Source: Selaginella moellendorffii (Eukaryota > Plantae > Lycopodiophyta). From it: a stretch of DNA of 64,000 bases. Positions within the stretch are counted from its first letter, which is position 1. Every line of letters begins with the position of its first letter. This document shows positions 1 through 11,710 of the stretch, piece by piece. The notes beneath the pieces were generated by a model that made no database searches, had not been told where the DNA came from, and was given only the letters and a program-made list of their open reading frames with translations. The stretch is from assembly GCF_000143415.4 (NCBI RefSeq), contig NW_003314312.1, forward strand, positions 797,510 through 861,509, read 5' to 3'. The position numbers and the translations under genes were made by a program.

Positions 1-705
1 CCCGCCCAACGACGCGCTCCCGAACAACAATGGCGGATGGTGCAACACGCCGCTCCAGCATTTCGACATGGCGCAGCCAGCGTTCGAGCAGATCGCCAAG
101 TACAGGGGAGGCATTGTGCCTGTTCTTTATAGAAGGTACAAGCACTACATTCCCATTTTCCATTTTTTCTCTTTGCTCTTAGATCAAACGCTTGGTTGTT
201 TTGTGTTGCTTTGCTTCTTCTATGTGCCAGTCCCATCTAGATCAAACTTTTGGTTGCTTTGCTTTGCGAAACTTTTGTTTGCTTGGCTTTGCTTGGCTTC
301 TTCCCTGTTCATCGAGATGAGATCCTTTAGAGAAAGTCATAGCACCCACATTGCTCTGCTTTGCTTTGCTTTTATTTACGTCAGGCTTTTCTTCGTTTCA
401 GGGTTCCATGCCAGAGGAAAGGCGGCATCCGATTCACCATGAACGGCCACAACTACTTCAACCTGGTGCTCGTCACCAACGTTGGCGGCGCCGGGGACGT
501 CCACTCGGTTTCGATCAAGGGCTCCAACACCGACTGGCTGCCAATGTCGCGCAACTGGGGCCAAAACTGGCAGAGCAACGCCATCCTCAGCGGCCAGTCG
601 CTCTCCTTCAAGGTCACCACCAGCGACGGCCGGACGGTGGTGTCGTACGACGCTGCCCCGCCCAATTGGCAGTACGGGCAGACTTACAGCGGCGACCAGT
701 TCTGA
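1..705 (+). CDS. EXPA: Alpha-expansin, 3' part (5' end outside window); exons <1-135 and 402-705
   Basis: Spliced translation [45 protein letters not shown]|[33 protein letters not shown]...[15 protein letters not shown]...[10 protein letters not shown]; HFD motif and conserved Trp residues; GT-AG intron 136-401. Confidence 0.95.
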
Positions 706-1899
706 GCTCTCTGATCCATCGACTCGACGCCGCTGGCTTTGGATTCCCTGGGTGGTGTTTTTTTTTTTTTCCCCCCTCCTTTCCTCGTTCTTCGCTCTTT
801 TCTCTTTCGGTGGATTTTGGATTTTGGTGGTGGCAGCAGCGCAGCAGCAGATTTGAGAGCTGGGATGTGGGATCTCACAAACAGCCCGTGTCTGCGGCAG
901 CAATTACGCCACCCCGTCCGATCTTGGATGCTGCGGTTTAGTTTTTTAAGGCAAAGTAGCCACCCGCATTCGAGGCATTCCTTGGTTCTCTTCCACAAGA
1001 TTTTGTTTTCTCTTTTTTACACCCTTTTCTTCGACCAGCTCCTCTGGTTACTTGATTTTGTTCTTGATTCTTGGTGGCTGCCGAGGTGGTGGTGGAACAC
1101 GACTACCCGCACCCACGAGAACAAAATATACTGGTTTTCTAGTACGTATCGCAGCCAAGGGAACGTGATCTCCTTCCTGTCACAAAGGATCACAGGACTT
1201 TTGGCGTTTGTTTTTGTTTCACAAAGCTTGATATGAATATAACTTACTAGGTTATAGTTATGGGAACTGATCAAACTCGAAACTTGATAGTACCAAATCT
1301 AAGCAACTTTATAGCCTTGTCACATGCCGCGAGAACTTTACACCCAACGCAACATGACGAGTGAGATTTCTTCCATTCTTTTGGCCTTTGTTGTTCTTGT
1401 TGTTTGTGGAGTTGCAAAAGAATAGAAGACCACCACCTCCACCACCAACTTTTTACAATCTCCCCCAAACAGATGAGATGGGCCATGGGCCCCAACCCAA
1501 ACTCTCGTCCGTACCAGCCACCATGTGGCGTGAGAAAAAGAAAGGCGAGATTGTGATTTAGTCACATGCGGCATGCCGTCATACATGTGCCATGTGCATT
1601 GCCTTTAAAGCTTTAGGTCTGTCTGTCGCGCCGCGCTCATCGTTGTCCTCCCCTTTCACACGCCCTTGACCAACAGCTTTCCTAAAACAACTATGACCGT
1701 TGACCATTTTTCGCGCTTCCAGATATTAACCCAAAACCCTAAATACTGACCATTGACCACCTGGACCAAATCTTTGTCACTCGCTAAAACAGTTTCCACA
1801 TCACGGGCCCCGGCTCATACGGCATGCTTTCGATCAGCTCCTTGGCCTGTTTCGCGAATCCTTTCCGCGCGAGGATGTCGATCACGCACTCGTAGTGCT

Positions 1900-2300
1900 C
1901 CGCGGTGTGTTCTATCCATCTGTCCGCAGCGATGGATCGGAAGTCCCTTGACGAGCGATGATCCGGTGGTGTGGTTCCTGATCGCCACCAAAACGTTGAG
2001 CATCGTTCCTCCGTCCGGGATCATCCCGTTCCAATCCATCCTCCTGAGAAGCTCCAGGACTTGCCTGAGATGCCCGGCTCTTGCGTACGGTTCCATGAGC
2101 GAGTTCCAGGAGGTCGTGAGCTAGGAAAACCTCCGCTGCTTTGGCCAGAACTCCACACTTCTCATACATGGCTACCAGCGCCGTCTTGATCGCCGCGTCC
2201 ACAAACTGCTCGTGGAGTTTTCTGCCCTGCGAGAAATCTCCCATGGCTGCGCAGGCATTGATCGCAGGCCACGCGCATTGATCGCAGGGCCGAGCTTCGC
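1900..2300 (-). pseudogene. PLS-class PPR gene remnant (frameshifted)
   Basis: AINACAAMGDFSQGRKLHEQF...TALVAMYEKCGVLAKAAEVF in one frame, continuing as YARAGHLRQVLELLRRMDWNGMIPDGGTMLNVLVA in another. Confidence 0.75.
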
Positions 2301-2454
2301 GCATTTCTCTAAGCCGCGTGCGTCGTCGCGTCCGCCAGCCTCTGCTTTTAGGGCTCTTGTATGATTCCAGCCGTATATCCATTTAGGGTTTTTAGATTTA
2401 GTTTTTAAAAAAAGTAATTTATATTAAATCTAATTCTTACCTTTAACAAACACT

Positions 2455-2980
2455 CTTAAGCTTTTCAATCACTTCCGTCAACTTGGAGAGCTGCTTCGAT
2501 CACTTCGTTCAGATTATCAGATTCTTGGGTCTGGAAAAAAGCCCTAGCCACATCCGACCAGGCCCAAGAGTGACCATAGCGAGAGCGCTGACCGGGTCAT
2601 CCGCTGGAAGTGGACCAGCCCTCGAGGAAAGATAAACAAGTCCCCGGGATATCAAACCTTCTCGAACAGCCTGTTGGCAGTCGTCACAAACCCAGCGTCG
2701 ATGCGTTCCTGGAGACAATAGGTGACCTCGGATGATCGGGGATGGACGTGGGGAGGATTCTTGCGTGTTGAGGCCTGGGAACCTTGTGATGTCGATCAGC
2801 TGGACCATGATGTGAGAGTGTTGGTGGTTTTTGCAGGCTCCCGGGATGATGGTGGAGGTGAAATCGTCGGCGGTCACCCTTGCAAGGAACTCCGTTGATG
2901 AAGATTCTGGAGTTGGGATCCTGGACGTAGGGCTCTTGACTACAACGTTGGCAATTGCCAAAACTGCAATAAGAGGACTT
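2455..2980 (-). pseudogene. Germin-like protein pseudogene, closest to the 8559-9224 copy
   Basis: Fragments VQDPNSRIFINGVPCK, VTADDFTSTI and VQLIDITRFPGLNTQ split across frames by deletions; nucleotide and 3' flank similarity to 8460-9200. Confidence 0.85.
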
Positions 2981-3616
2981 CACAATCGAACACTTGATTC
3001 CACAGCTTCAAAGAAGCAGCGCTGTCCGTAGACACAGAAAATTCCTTTGAGCTTTCGTATACTGATTGGCACAGTAGTTACAGATCTTAACATAGACAGC
3101 GCCAGCTTAACATAGAGAGTAGGATTGAGTTGTTTAAAAACATCCATCAATGCAAAAATGCAATCTGGATGATGCTTGCGTTTAATGCCTAATGTGTTTG
3201 TTATTGCCTATGAGATTTTGCATGTGTTGTGCTACAGAGATTTTGTTGTCCATTCTTATTAGCTGGATCGACTAACTGAAGTCGGGAGCTGGAGCGATGG
3301 TTTCAATCCCCCTCCACAGCAGCAGCCCCTCTTTCGTCTCGATCCTCTTGGAAATTCAAGGCTTTACCGCTGGATCCCATCTAATGGCCCCTCTTCGCTG
3401 GCTGATCTTCTCCCAAGCAGCATCCATTCCTCTCGTGACCCTCCTTGGCCCACCTCGGCACTGTCTTGGGAGAGTCTGTGAGGAATTCATATAACAAAAT
3501 AAGACATTCCTCAATTTTCAAAACTGCCACAGAGGCTTTACTAAAATTTCTCTACTAGAATGCTCCATCCAAAGAAGCAGCACAAAAATCTTGGAGAGGC
3601 CTGAAAAAGTGTAGTT

Positions 3617-3680
3617 CAATCTGCCGGAATTGGACCGGCGACCTAGGGATTCCTGAGCACCTTTGAACTAAGAGCTTTAT
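3617..3680 (-). pseudogene. Degenerate tRNA-Tyr remnant (T-arm side) just downstream of the GLP
   Basis: Reverse complement ATCCCTAGGTCGCCGGTCCAATTCCGGCAGATTG matches the plant tRNA-Tyr 3' half ATCCTTAGGTCGCTGGTTCGAATCCGGCAGGTCGG. Confidence 0.6.
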
Positions 3681-3725
3681 TGAAATTTTTTGCAAGCATT
3701 TTGTAGTTGAACCTTTTGTCCAGAA

Positions 3726-4385
3726 TCAAGTCCGACTCACTCCACGTCGTAACTCATCAATCTCATTTTCGTCAACCTGCAAAGTTGCCTCCAAAACTTC
3801 GTTCATGATGTCTGGAGTGGTCTGGAACAACGCTCTAGCCATGTCTGTTCTTCCCGGGTTTTGACTTCCAAGCGCAGCCACCGCAACCGAGTCCGACTTA
3901 TCCAGGTTTCGCTGGAAGTGAACTAGTCCCCTGGGAAAGATGAACAGATCACCGGGATGCAAAACCTTTGCGAACAACTGGTTGGAAGTTGACACAAATC
4001 CAACATAGAGGCGTCCTTGGAGGAGCCAGATGACCTCGGACGCTCGGGGATGGTTGTGCGGAGGATTCACGCCAAATGGACCGAATGCAAGGCGAGCAAT
4101 GGAGAGTCCCTGCGTGTTGAGGCCTGGAAACATTGTGATATCGATCAAGTCGACTTGGATTCGCAGTGTGTTGTTTGTGACTGGAGCCTGACGAAGGATT
4201 GTGGAGGTGAAGTCATCGGCAGTGACTGTGGTGGGATCTTTGCAAGGAACTCCGTTGATGAACACTTTGGAGTTTGGATCTTCGACGCAGAAATCCTGGA
4301 GAGGATCCTCATCGCCCAAAACTCCAATAATAGTTAAGCACAGAAAGAATGACACCGTGACAATTTTGATGAGAGCCATTGGCAT
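3726..4385 (-). CDS. GLP: Germin-like protein (cupin), intronless, with signal peptide
   Basis: Signal peptide, DPLQDFCV, germin box 1 GVNPPHNHPRASEVIWLLQG and box 2 GDLFIFPRGLVHFQRN; His/His/Glu/His metal ligands intact; ATG at 4385 or 4379. Confidence 0.93.
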   Translation of the reverse strand: MPMALIKIVTVSFFLCLTIIGVLGDEDPLQDFCVEDPNSKVFINGVPCKDPTTVTADDFTSTILRQAPVTNNTLRIQVDLIDITMFPGLNTQGLSIARLAFGPFGVNPPHNHPRASEVIWLLQGRLYVGFVSTSNQLFAKVLHPGDLFIFPRGLVHFQRNLDKSDSVAVAALGSQNPGRTDMARALFQTTPDIMNEVLEATLQVDENEIDELRRGVSRT

Positions 4386-5364
4386 AGAACACTTGAAATT
4401 GTGAAAACTCAAGACGAAACTACTTGGTATGAATCTGTGGCCTCTGCTCGCTGGTATTTATTGGCAGAAATGGCATCGAGAGCTATAATTTTTAATTGTT
4501 TCTCATGGTCACGTATACATTCATAGACCCATGCAGAGACAACGATATGTCATGTCACCCGTTGGCGTGAAGTAGTGGATCTTGAGTGAAAGATCTCAAA
4601 GGAAGAGGAGCCGTGAAAGGCAGCATGGAAAATTCGGAGATTTATAAATCAGACTTTTTAAAACATTTCTAGAACTGAAATCTCAACAATAAAGGAAGGC
4701 TCTATCAACAGCAAATCTCCACGCTAAACAGTGCACACTTTGAAAAAGTTGACAGAGATCCAGCCACGGAAAAACTCCGCTTGGAAGAATTAACTTAGCA
4801 CAGCAATGACTCAATTCACTTCCATTCACCAAGGGCTGTGGATTAAAAGGTTTAAGCCTTGAATTATTTTTGTACTTAGAAGTGTGTTGTGTTAATTGTT
4901 AATGCCTCAGATCTTCTCAAAATGTGTGCATGCAAGTGTTACAAAGATTGTTTTGTCCAAGCTACTGGATCAATTAGCTTTCATCCTTATAAAGTGGGGC
5001 CAGACTTGGGCCACCTCTTGGATTTCATGGCTCTCGTCACTGGCTGATCTTCTAAGCATAAAAAGTCCTCCACATTCCCTGCTTGGCCCACAGCACGATT
5101 GTGAGGAGTTTTAGTCAGAATTCCTATCAAATTATATTATTATATTTGTCACCAACACATTCCTCATTCTTTTATTTAAGTATCTTCGCACTAGAAACAC
5201 AAAGAGACGCTCTTATTGCCAATGAACATAAGAGAAAAGCTTACTATCCTAGATCTGGCTTGCTGTTTGCTCTTTGAATTTTATAAGCTTTTATGGGTCA
5301 GAGACAAGGCTCTTCTCCTTGAGGTCTATGCTTCTAGCTGATTTATCATTGTAAAACTAATATT

Positions 5365-5870
5365 TAATCTGCCGGAATCGAACCGGGTTGCATGTTATCA
5401 CACATTTAGTAACTTATTAATCTCATTAACTTCATTCGTGATGTTTGGAGTGGTTTGCTATGTTAAGGCCCTTGAGAAAGATAGTCACCAGGATACAAAA
5501 CCTTCTCAAACAACTTTTTGGAAGTTAACAATGATTTGTATATGTGACCATGTAAAAAAAAAATTGGCTCCTCGACGCTATTGACAACTGTGAATACTGT
5601 CGAGCAGAGGCCACAGATCCATACCAAGTATTTCATCTTGAGTTTTCGCAATTTCATATACCAACGGCGCACTCTTTTTTGTGCATCTTCTCCAGAATTT
5701 CTTCATTGAGGATCCAAACTCAACGTTTTCATCAATGGTGTGCCTTGCAAAGATCCCGACACAGACTTCACCTCTACCATCCTTCAACACACTGAGAATC
5801 GAAGTCGACTTGATCGATATTAGAATGTTTCCAGGCCTCAACACACTCCATTGCTTGCCATGCATTCGAG
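5365..5870. pseudogene. GLP pseudogene with its 5' half inverted, plus a tRNA-Tyr T-arm remnant at about 5367-5392
   Basis: 5408-5560 matches the GLP 3' half on the minus strand (KLFEKVLYPGD); about 5567-5868 matches the GLP 5' flank and 5' CDS on the plus strand ([25 protein letters not shown]). Confidence 0.75.
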
Positions 5871-6559
5871 TTTTTTCAACATTTCTAGAACTGAAATTTC
5901 AAAGATATAGGAAGGAATATTGGCCTCTATCAACCACAAATCTCCACTGTAAACAGTGAACACTTTGACAAAGTTGATAAAAATCCAGGCAAGGAAGAAC
6001 TCCAGCTTGGAAGAATAAACTCCAACACAACAATGACCCAAAACAATATAAACAAAGCTGAACTCGCTGTGCAAAACAAAGACCTGAATTCAAGGGCTTC
6101 AAGGAAGCAACGCTATAGACGTGCTAGACACATCCTGATGAATATCATTTTGCATGTAGTATAGCAATCGCCAAGAGTATAGCGGTCGCGGCGAATCGAA
6201 GGGTTTTATGCTTAAATGGACATGGTCCCTCCCTTATTAGACTTGAGCCGGAGCTGGAGTTACACCTTAGCCTCTTTGTCATCTTGGTCCTCTTGAAATT
6301 TTCAAGGCTTTCTGCAGAGGCCGCCCTCCCAGGCAGCACTGAATCTCTTAGAGTCAAAAACAAATTTCACTGTAGTGTTGACATTTTTTTCAATGGATAA
6401 CTTTAAGTCTTGGTTTGATTCCTGCAGATCGGACTTCTATTACAGGATGTAAATTCCATTGTCCAATTTCTAACACTTTCTCTGCCAACTGAGCTAAGAT
6501 CAGTTTTGATTATTTATTGAAACTTTTACAATTTATTAGTTGGACTTTTTGTCAGTAAA

Positions 6560-7092
6560 GTCTGGCCAATCCACACGAGAACTTCGTTCGTGATGTTTGG
6601 AGTTTGTTTGGAACAACGCTCTAGCCACGTCTGTGCTTCCCGGTTTTTGGATTTCAATCGCAGCCAAACCGTGTCGACTTATCCAGGTTTCGCTGGAAGT
6701 GAACGATATCTCTGGGAAAGATTCAAAACCTTTGCAAACAGCTGGTTGGAAGTTGACACAAATCCGACGCAGAGGCGGAGCCAGATGACCTCTAACGCTC
6801 GGGGATGGCTGTGTGGAGGATTCACGCTGAATGGACTGAATGCGAGGGAAACATTCTAATATCAATCAAGTTGACTTGGCTTCTCAGTGTGTTGTTTGTG
6901 ACTGGAGCCTGGGGAAGGATGGTGGAGGTGAAGTCGTAAGCAGTATCTCTTGTGGGGGCTTCGTTGATGAAGACTTTGGAGTTTGGATCCTTGACAAAAA
7001 AGTCCTAGAGAGGATCCGGATCGCCCAAAACTCCAACGATGGCCACCATGCATAAGACAAGGAATCCAAAAAGCATTTCTTGCTAGTGCCAT
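6560..7092 (-). pseudogene. Germin-like protein pseudogene, paralog of 9989-10645; tRNA-Tyr 5' half at about 6480-6503
   Basis: Starts MALARNAF; DPDPL*DFFVKDPNSKVFIN with premature stop and deletions; downstream reverse complement GATCTTAGCTCAGTTGGCAGA. Confidence 0.85.
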
Positions 7093-8150
7093 TTGTGCTC
7101 TCGCTCACTCTCTTACCTCCTCTAGTTTAATCTCTCTCGCTCTCTTTAAAACAACGCAGTGGCCGCGAGCTTAAATGAAGGAATATGTAAGTAGGTGGAT
7201 CGAGACTTTACCTTGGAATTGTCTTGTTGATTTTCCTGGCATGCTCGCGCTGAGCTGCAGCTCTTTTGATAATCGTGCTTCCAATTTTCCACCGAGGATC
7301 AATTTTACGTTGTTACAACTGTAAAGATTGTGTGGTCCCTATGACCAGGAAGGCGCTGCTGGTTGATTCGCTGCGCCGCGAGCTCGCAAAGCTAGCGGCT
7401 TTTATGCCGGAGAGCGTGTCACGGGTGAGGTGGTACCCGTCAACGACGAACTGCTGGACGCATCTTGTCAGAATCTCACACTACTTGATTCACGCGAGAG
7501 AATGAGACGAGGGCGAGGATAGTTTCCAGCACAGACCTTGAGCTGCAACTGCTCCAGGAAGTAGGGCTTGAGGACTCTATTCACCACCGTAAACTTCAAC
7601 CATGGAGAGTTGAACTTAAATCTGTGACCCAGCACAGTTGACGAAGTGTTGAGGGGTTTTTGTTCTCCTATTTGTTATCGAGAATTTGCAAGGACTCGTA
7701 AGACATCATTCCACATTTTGTACTTTGCGCATGTGTAGAACTCCTTTCACCAGTCAGGTCTTTTGGGATGGACGGCTCAGCGTTTGCTGCGAGAGAAGAA
7801 CAAGAGAGAAGAAGAAGAAAAACTTGCGTAGAAAAAGATAATTGTTACTACTAGATCGCCATTGTCAAGACCATCTGCATGTAGCCCAGCCACACTCCCA
7901 CCTGGTGTTGCTAGCGATTCTCCCAAGATTGATGCAAGCACTTGCCTCCTCCCACATCTGCACTGCTATTTGCCAGATCTTCTGAAGACCCACTATGAGG
8001 AGCTTTATCTTGTAGCTCCCAGCACGCAAACCCGTGGTCTCGTCAAGTGCCGGGAACCTCGCCATGGCCCTGAGCTCAACCCAAGGATCTACTTTTCATT
8101 ATGTGGCGGCTCCGCAAAGCCCCTCCAAAGAAGCGCACAGGTGGACGATT

Positions 8151-8239
8151 GCTGACCATGCGGCAATCGAACCAGCGACCCAAGGATTTCTCAGAGCTAC
8201 TACAGTCCTCCACTCTGCCAACTGACTCGCTAAGATTGG
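8151..8239 (-). pseudogene. trnY-GUA: tRNA-Tyr(GUA) pseudogene with intron
   Basis: Reverse complement CCAATCTTAGCGAGTCAGTTGGCAGAGTGGAGGACTGTAG-TAGCTCTGAGAA-ATCCTTGGGTCGCTGGTTCGATTGCCGCATGGTC; GTA anticodon, short intron after position 37, A and B boxes; indels in D- and T-stems. Confidence 0.8.
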
Positions 8240-8244
8240 TCTTC

Positions 8245-8450
8245 CTTGTTTACCACGTTCCACGAGACGATTCCAGCATTGGCCGCAATTCCTCGATGCA
8301 TCCAGCACTTTTCTACCACAAAATCCCGGAGGCGCTCTTGGCGGAATCCAACGCCCGTGAAACATCGCTCGCGTGCTTGGATCGCGAGATCATCTCCACC
8401 TGGTTGCGTGAGACGCTCTTGCGGATGTGATCCACGCGAGCCCTTTGTTA
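8245..8450 (-). pseudogene. Probable PPR N-terminal remnant
   Basis: ISRSKHASDV and VSWNV-like fragments; same position relative to the GLP as the PPR remnant at 1900-2300. Confidence 0.4.
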
Positions 8451-8558
8451 AATTTAAAATGATTCCAGTATGTCCTTTTAGGGCTTTTTAGAAAACTTAA
8501 TTTATATTAAACTCATTATCTCAAGAACATTCTTTCTTACCTTTATCAAAAACTCTTC

Positions 8559-9224
8559 TCAGGTCTGGCTCACTCCAGCGCGAAGCTTTTCGATCACTTC
8601 CTCGTCAACTTGGAGAGCTGCTTCGATCACTTCGTTCAGATTATCAGATTCTTGAGTCTGGAAAAGAGCCCTAGCCACATCCGTGCGACCAGGGTTTTGA
8701 CTCCCAAGAGTGGCAATAGCGAGAGCGCTGACCGGGTCAAGGTTCCGCTGGAAGTGGACCAGCCCTCGAGGAAAGATAAACAAGTCCCCGGGATACAAAA
8801 CCTTCTCGAACAGCCTGTTGGCTGTCGTTACAAACCCAGCGTAGATGCGTCCCTGGAGACAATAGATGACCTCGGATGATCGCGGATGGACGTGGGGAGG
8901 ATTCACTCCGAATGGACCGAATGAGAGGCGAGCGATGGAGAGTCCTTGCGTGTTGAGGCCTGGGAACATCGTGATGTCGATCAGCTGGACCCTGATGTTG
9001 AGAGTGTTGGTGGTGTTTGCAGGCTCGCGGAGGATGGTTGAGGTGAAATCGTCCGCAGTGACGGTGGTGGGATCCTTGCAAGGAACTCCGTTGATAAAGA
9101 CTTTGGAGTTGGGATCCTGGACGCAGACGTCTTGGAGGGGATCTTCATCACCCCGCACGACTGCAAGGCTGGCAATTGTGAAAACTGCAAGAAGAGCAAC
9201 AAAAACTTGGGGAAACTTGGCCAT
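8559..9224 (-). CDS. GLP: Germin-like protein, intronless
   Basis: 221 aa ORF with signal peptide, DEDPLQDVCV, GVNPPHVHPRSSEVIYCLQG and GDLFIFPRGLVHFQRN. Confidence 0.95.
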   Translation of the reverse strand: MAKFPQVFVALLAVFTIASLAVVRGDEDPLQDVCVQDPNSKVFINGVPCKDPTTVTADDFTSTILREPANTTNTLNIRVQLIDITMFPGLNTQGLSIARLSFGPFGVNPPHVHPRSSEVIYCLQGRIYAGFVTTANRLFEKVLYPGDLFIFPRGLVHFQRNLDPVSALAIATLGSQNPGRTDVARALFQTQESDNLNEVIEAALQVDEEVIEKLRAGVSQT

Positions 9225-9882
9225 TGAGATGTATCGATTGATCGATGCAGAGATGCTATTGGGAGGCTCTGGTATATGTATTTATACTGGGGAATTTCCC
9301 GTACATTTATTCTTATTGTATTAGTAGAGAAGTCCAACTGTGTTACCTACATATAAAGACAAACTCTCTTAGATTTTACAATCGAACACTTGGATTCAAA
9401 GGCTTCAAGGAAGCAACGCTGTCATATTTCTTTGAGCTTCCGTATGCTAATGAGAACAGTAGTTAGGAATAACATTTTGTGTGGAGGAGTGCAAACTTAA
9501 CATATAGGACTATGTAGAGCGGTAAAGCAGAGTCAATCTGGACTTCATACTTAACGTGTTTGTCATTGTTTCAATCCCCCGGCAGCCGCAGCCTCCCCTT
9601 CGTCTCGGTCCTCTTGGAAGTTTCAAGGCTTTCTGCTGGATCCCAGTTAATGGACACCGCCCCTCCTCGCTGACTGATCTTCTCATCCATAACACTCAAA
9701 AGTCTTCCTTACTCGCCGCTCTTGACCTTCCTTGGCCCAGCGGCACTGGCTTGGGAGAGTTTCCAAGTCGGAAACAAAATGCGTATAAACATTATAAGTT
9801 TATATTGGTCAGAAAAAGAATCATCAACACATTCCTCAATTTTTATATAGTGCCCAAAAATGCATACCATTGAAGAATGAAG

Positions 9883-9955
9883 TCCGATCTAGCGGAATCG
9901 AACCAGCGACAAAAGGATTTCTGAGTGATACTACAGCCCTCCGAGCCAAGATCGA
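9883..9955 (-). pseudogene. trnY-GUA: tRNA-Tyr(GUA) pseudogene with D-arm deleted, starting about 33 nt after the GLP stop
   Basis: Reverse complement TCGATCTTGGCTCGGAGGGCTGTAG-TATCACTCAGAA-ATCCTTTTGTCGCTGGTTCGATTCCGCTAGATCGGA; anticodon, intron and B box retained. Confidence 0.75.
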
Positions 9956-9988
9956 TTTTATTTGTTAATTGAAACTTTTGAACATTGA

Positions 9989-10645
9989 TTAAGTCCGACT
10001 CACTCCACTTCGTAACTTATTAATCTCATTTTCATCAACCTGTAAAGCTGTCTCTAGAACTTCGTTCATGATGTTTGGAGTGGTCTGGAACAACGCTCTA
10101 GCCATGTCTGTTCTTCCCGGGTTTTGGCTTCCAAGCGCAGCAACTGCGACCGTGCTCGAGTTATTCAGATTTCGCTGGAAGTGAACAAGACCCCTGGGAA
10201 AGATGAACAGGTCACCGGGATACAAAACCTTTGCAAACAACCGGTTGGAAGTTGACACAAATCCGACGTAGAGGCGTCCCTGGAGGAGCCAGATGATCTC
10301 GGATGCTCGGGGATGGCTGTGTGGAGGATTCACGCCAAATGGACCGAATGCGAGGCGGGCAATGGAGAGCCCTTGTGTGTTGAGGCCTGGAAACATTCTA
10401 ATATCGACCAAGTCGACTTGGATTCGCAGTGTGTTGTTTGTGACTGGAGCCTGGCGAAGGACGGTGGAGGTGAAGTCGTCAACAGTAACTCTAGTGGGAT
10501 CTTTGCAAGAGGCTCCGTTGACGAAAACTTTGGAGTTTGGATCTTTGACGCAGAAGTCCTGGAGAGGATCAGGATCGCCCAAAACTCCAAAGATGGCCAC
10601 CATGCACGAGAGAAGGAATCCAAAAGCATTGCTTGCTAGTGCCAT
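9989..10645 (-). CDS. GLP: Germin-like protein, intronless
   Basis: 218 aa ORF with signal peptide, [30 protein letters not shown] and GDLFIFPRGLVHFQRN. Confidence 0.95.
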   Translation of the reverse strand: MALASNAFGFLLSCMVAIFGVLGDPDPLQDFCVKDPNSKVFVNGASCKDPTRVTVDDFTSTVLRQAPVTNNTLRIQVDLVDIRMFPGLNTQGLSIARLAFGPFGVNPPHSHPRASEIIWLLQGRLYVGFVSTSNRLFAKVLYPGDLFIFPRGLVHFQRNLNNSSTVAVAALGSQNPGRTDMARALFQTTPNIMNEVLETALQVDENEINKLRSGVSRT

Positions 10646-11710
10646 TTGTGCTCTCGCTCACTCTCTTCTTTCCTCTAGTTTAGTCTCTCTCGCGCTCGCT
10701 CGCTCTTTTTCTCTATGATCTCTTGCTCGCTCTCTCTAAAACAATGCAGTGGCCGCGAGCTTAAATGCAAAGGAAGATGTAAGTAGGTGGATGTTGATTT
10801 TCCTGGCACGCCTACGCCGAGCTGCAGATTGTGTTTCCATCAAGGATCAGATTTACGTTGTTACAACCGTTAAGACTGAGAGGTCCCTATTATATGAGAT
10901 CAGGTTGATTCGCTGCGCCGTGACACTCGCAAAGCTGGCGGATTTGATGCGGAGAGTGTGTCACGGGTGAGGTGGCAGCCGTCGGCGATGAACTGCTAGA
11001 GGGGGTCGAGAACATCTTGCCAGAATCTCACACTACTTCCTTCTGGATTGATTCGCGCGCGAAAATGAGACGAGGGCGAGACTGTTTCCAGCACAAACCT
11101 CCGCTCCAGGAAGTAGAATGTAGCTGCGTTCACTTCTACATTAATCTAAAGGAGTGAAGATCGAGCAAAGAAAATACCGTAAGCTTCAACCTTTGACCGA
11201 GCAAAGCACCGGAGTTGAGATGACCGGTATAAGTGTTGTTGTTCTCCTACCTGGAAAGAGAAAAACAAAGACAAGTGAAAACTCGCGAACTTGCGAACTT
11301 TGTCAAATTGAGCCTGGCATCTGTTGCAGCAGCTCGAGCGTACTTCTCCATTTTTTCGTTGGGATCGATCCCAATGACACTCATGCCGCTCCCTGATCTC
11401 ACGTAATACTTGAGATTTGGACCCGTGCCAACACCCAGCTCGGCGAGAAAAGATCTTTTGTCTCAGGTTCTCAAACCTGTGCAAGCATCGGTCTTGCAGC
11501 TCCCAGCACGCAAAGATCCATCTTGTGGCCGCCTGCCGTGGCAGAATCATTACTCTGCGGCCTTAGTGTGCGCACTAAGCAAGAGATGATTAAATAATAC
11601 ACTATCTTTCAAGTTCTTCAAGGTCATCGCGCCCTTGTCAAGCCTGTGGGGAGAATGGAGGGAGTGGAGTTTTCGATTGTCGGCTGCCGTGCCGACTATC
11701 ATGGAGTTGA

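Noticed and set aside
351-1236. Overlapping ORFs of 100-196 aa around the expansin
   Set aside because: Alternate frames, antisense or 3' UTR of the expansin; no recognisable domains
7862-8100. PPR C-terminal-like remnant (similar tract near 11400-11530)
   Set aside because: Only a CVLGA-like word is shared; too degenerate to call
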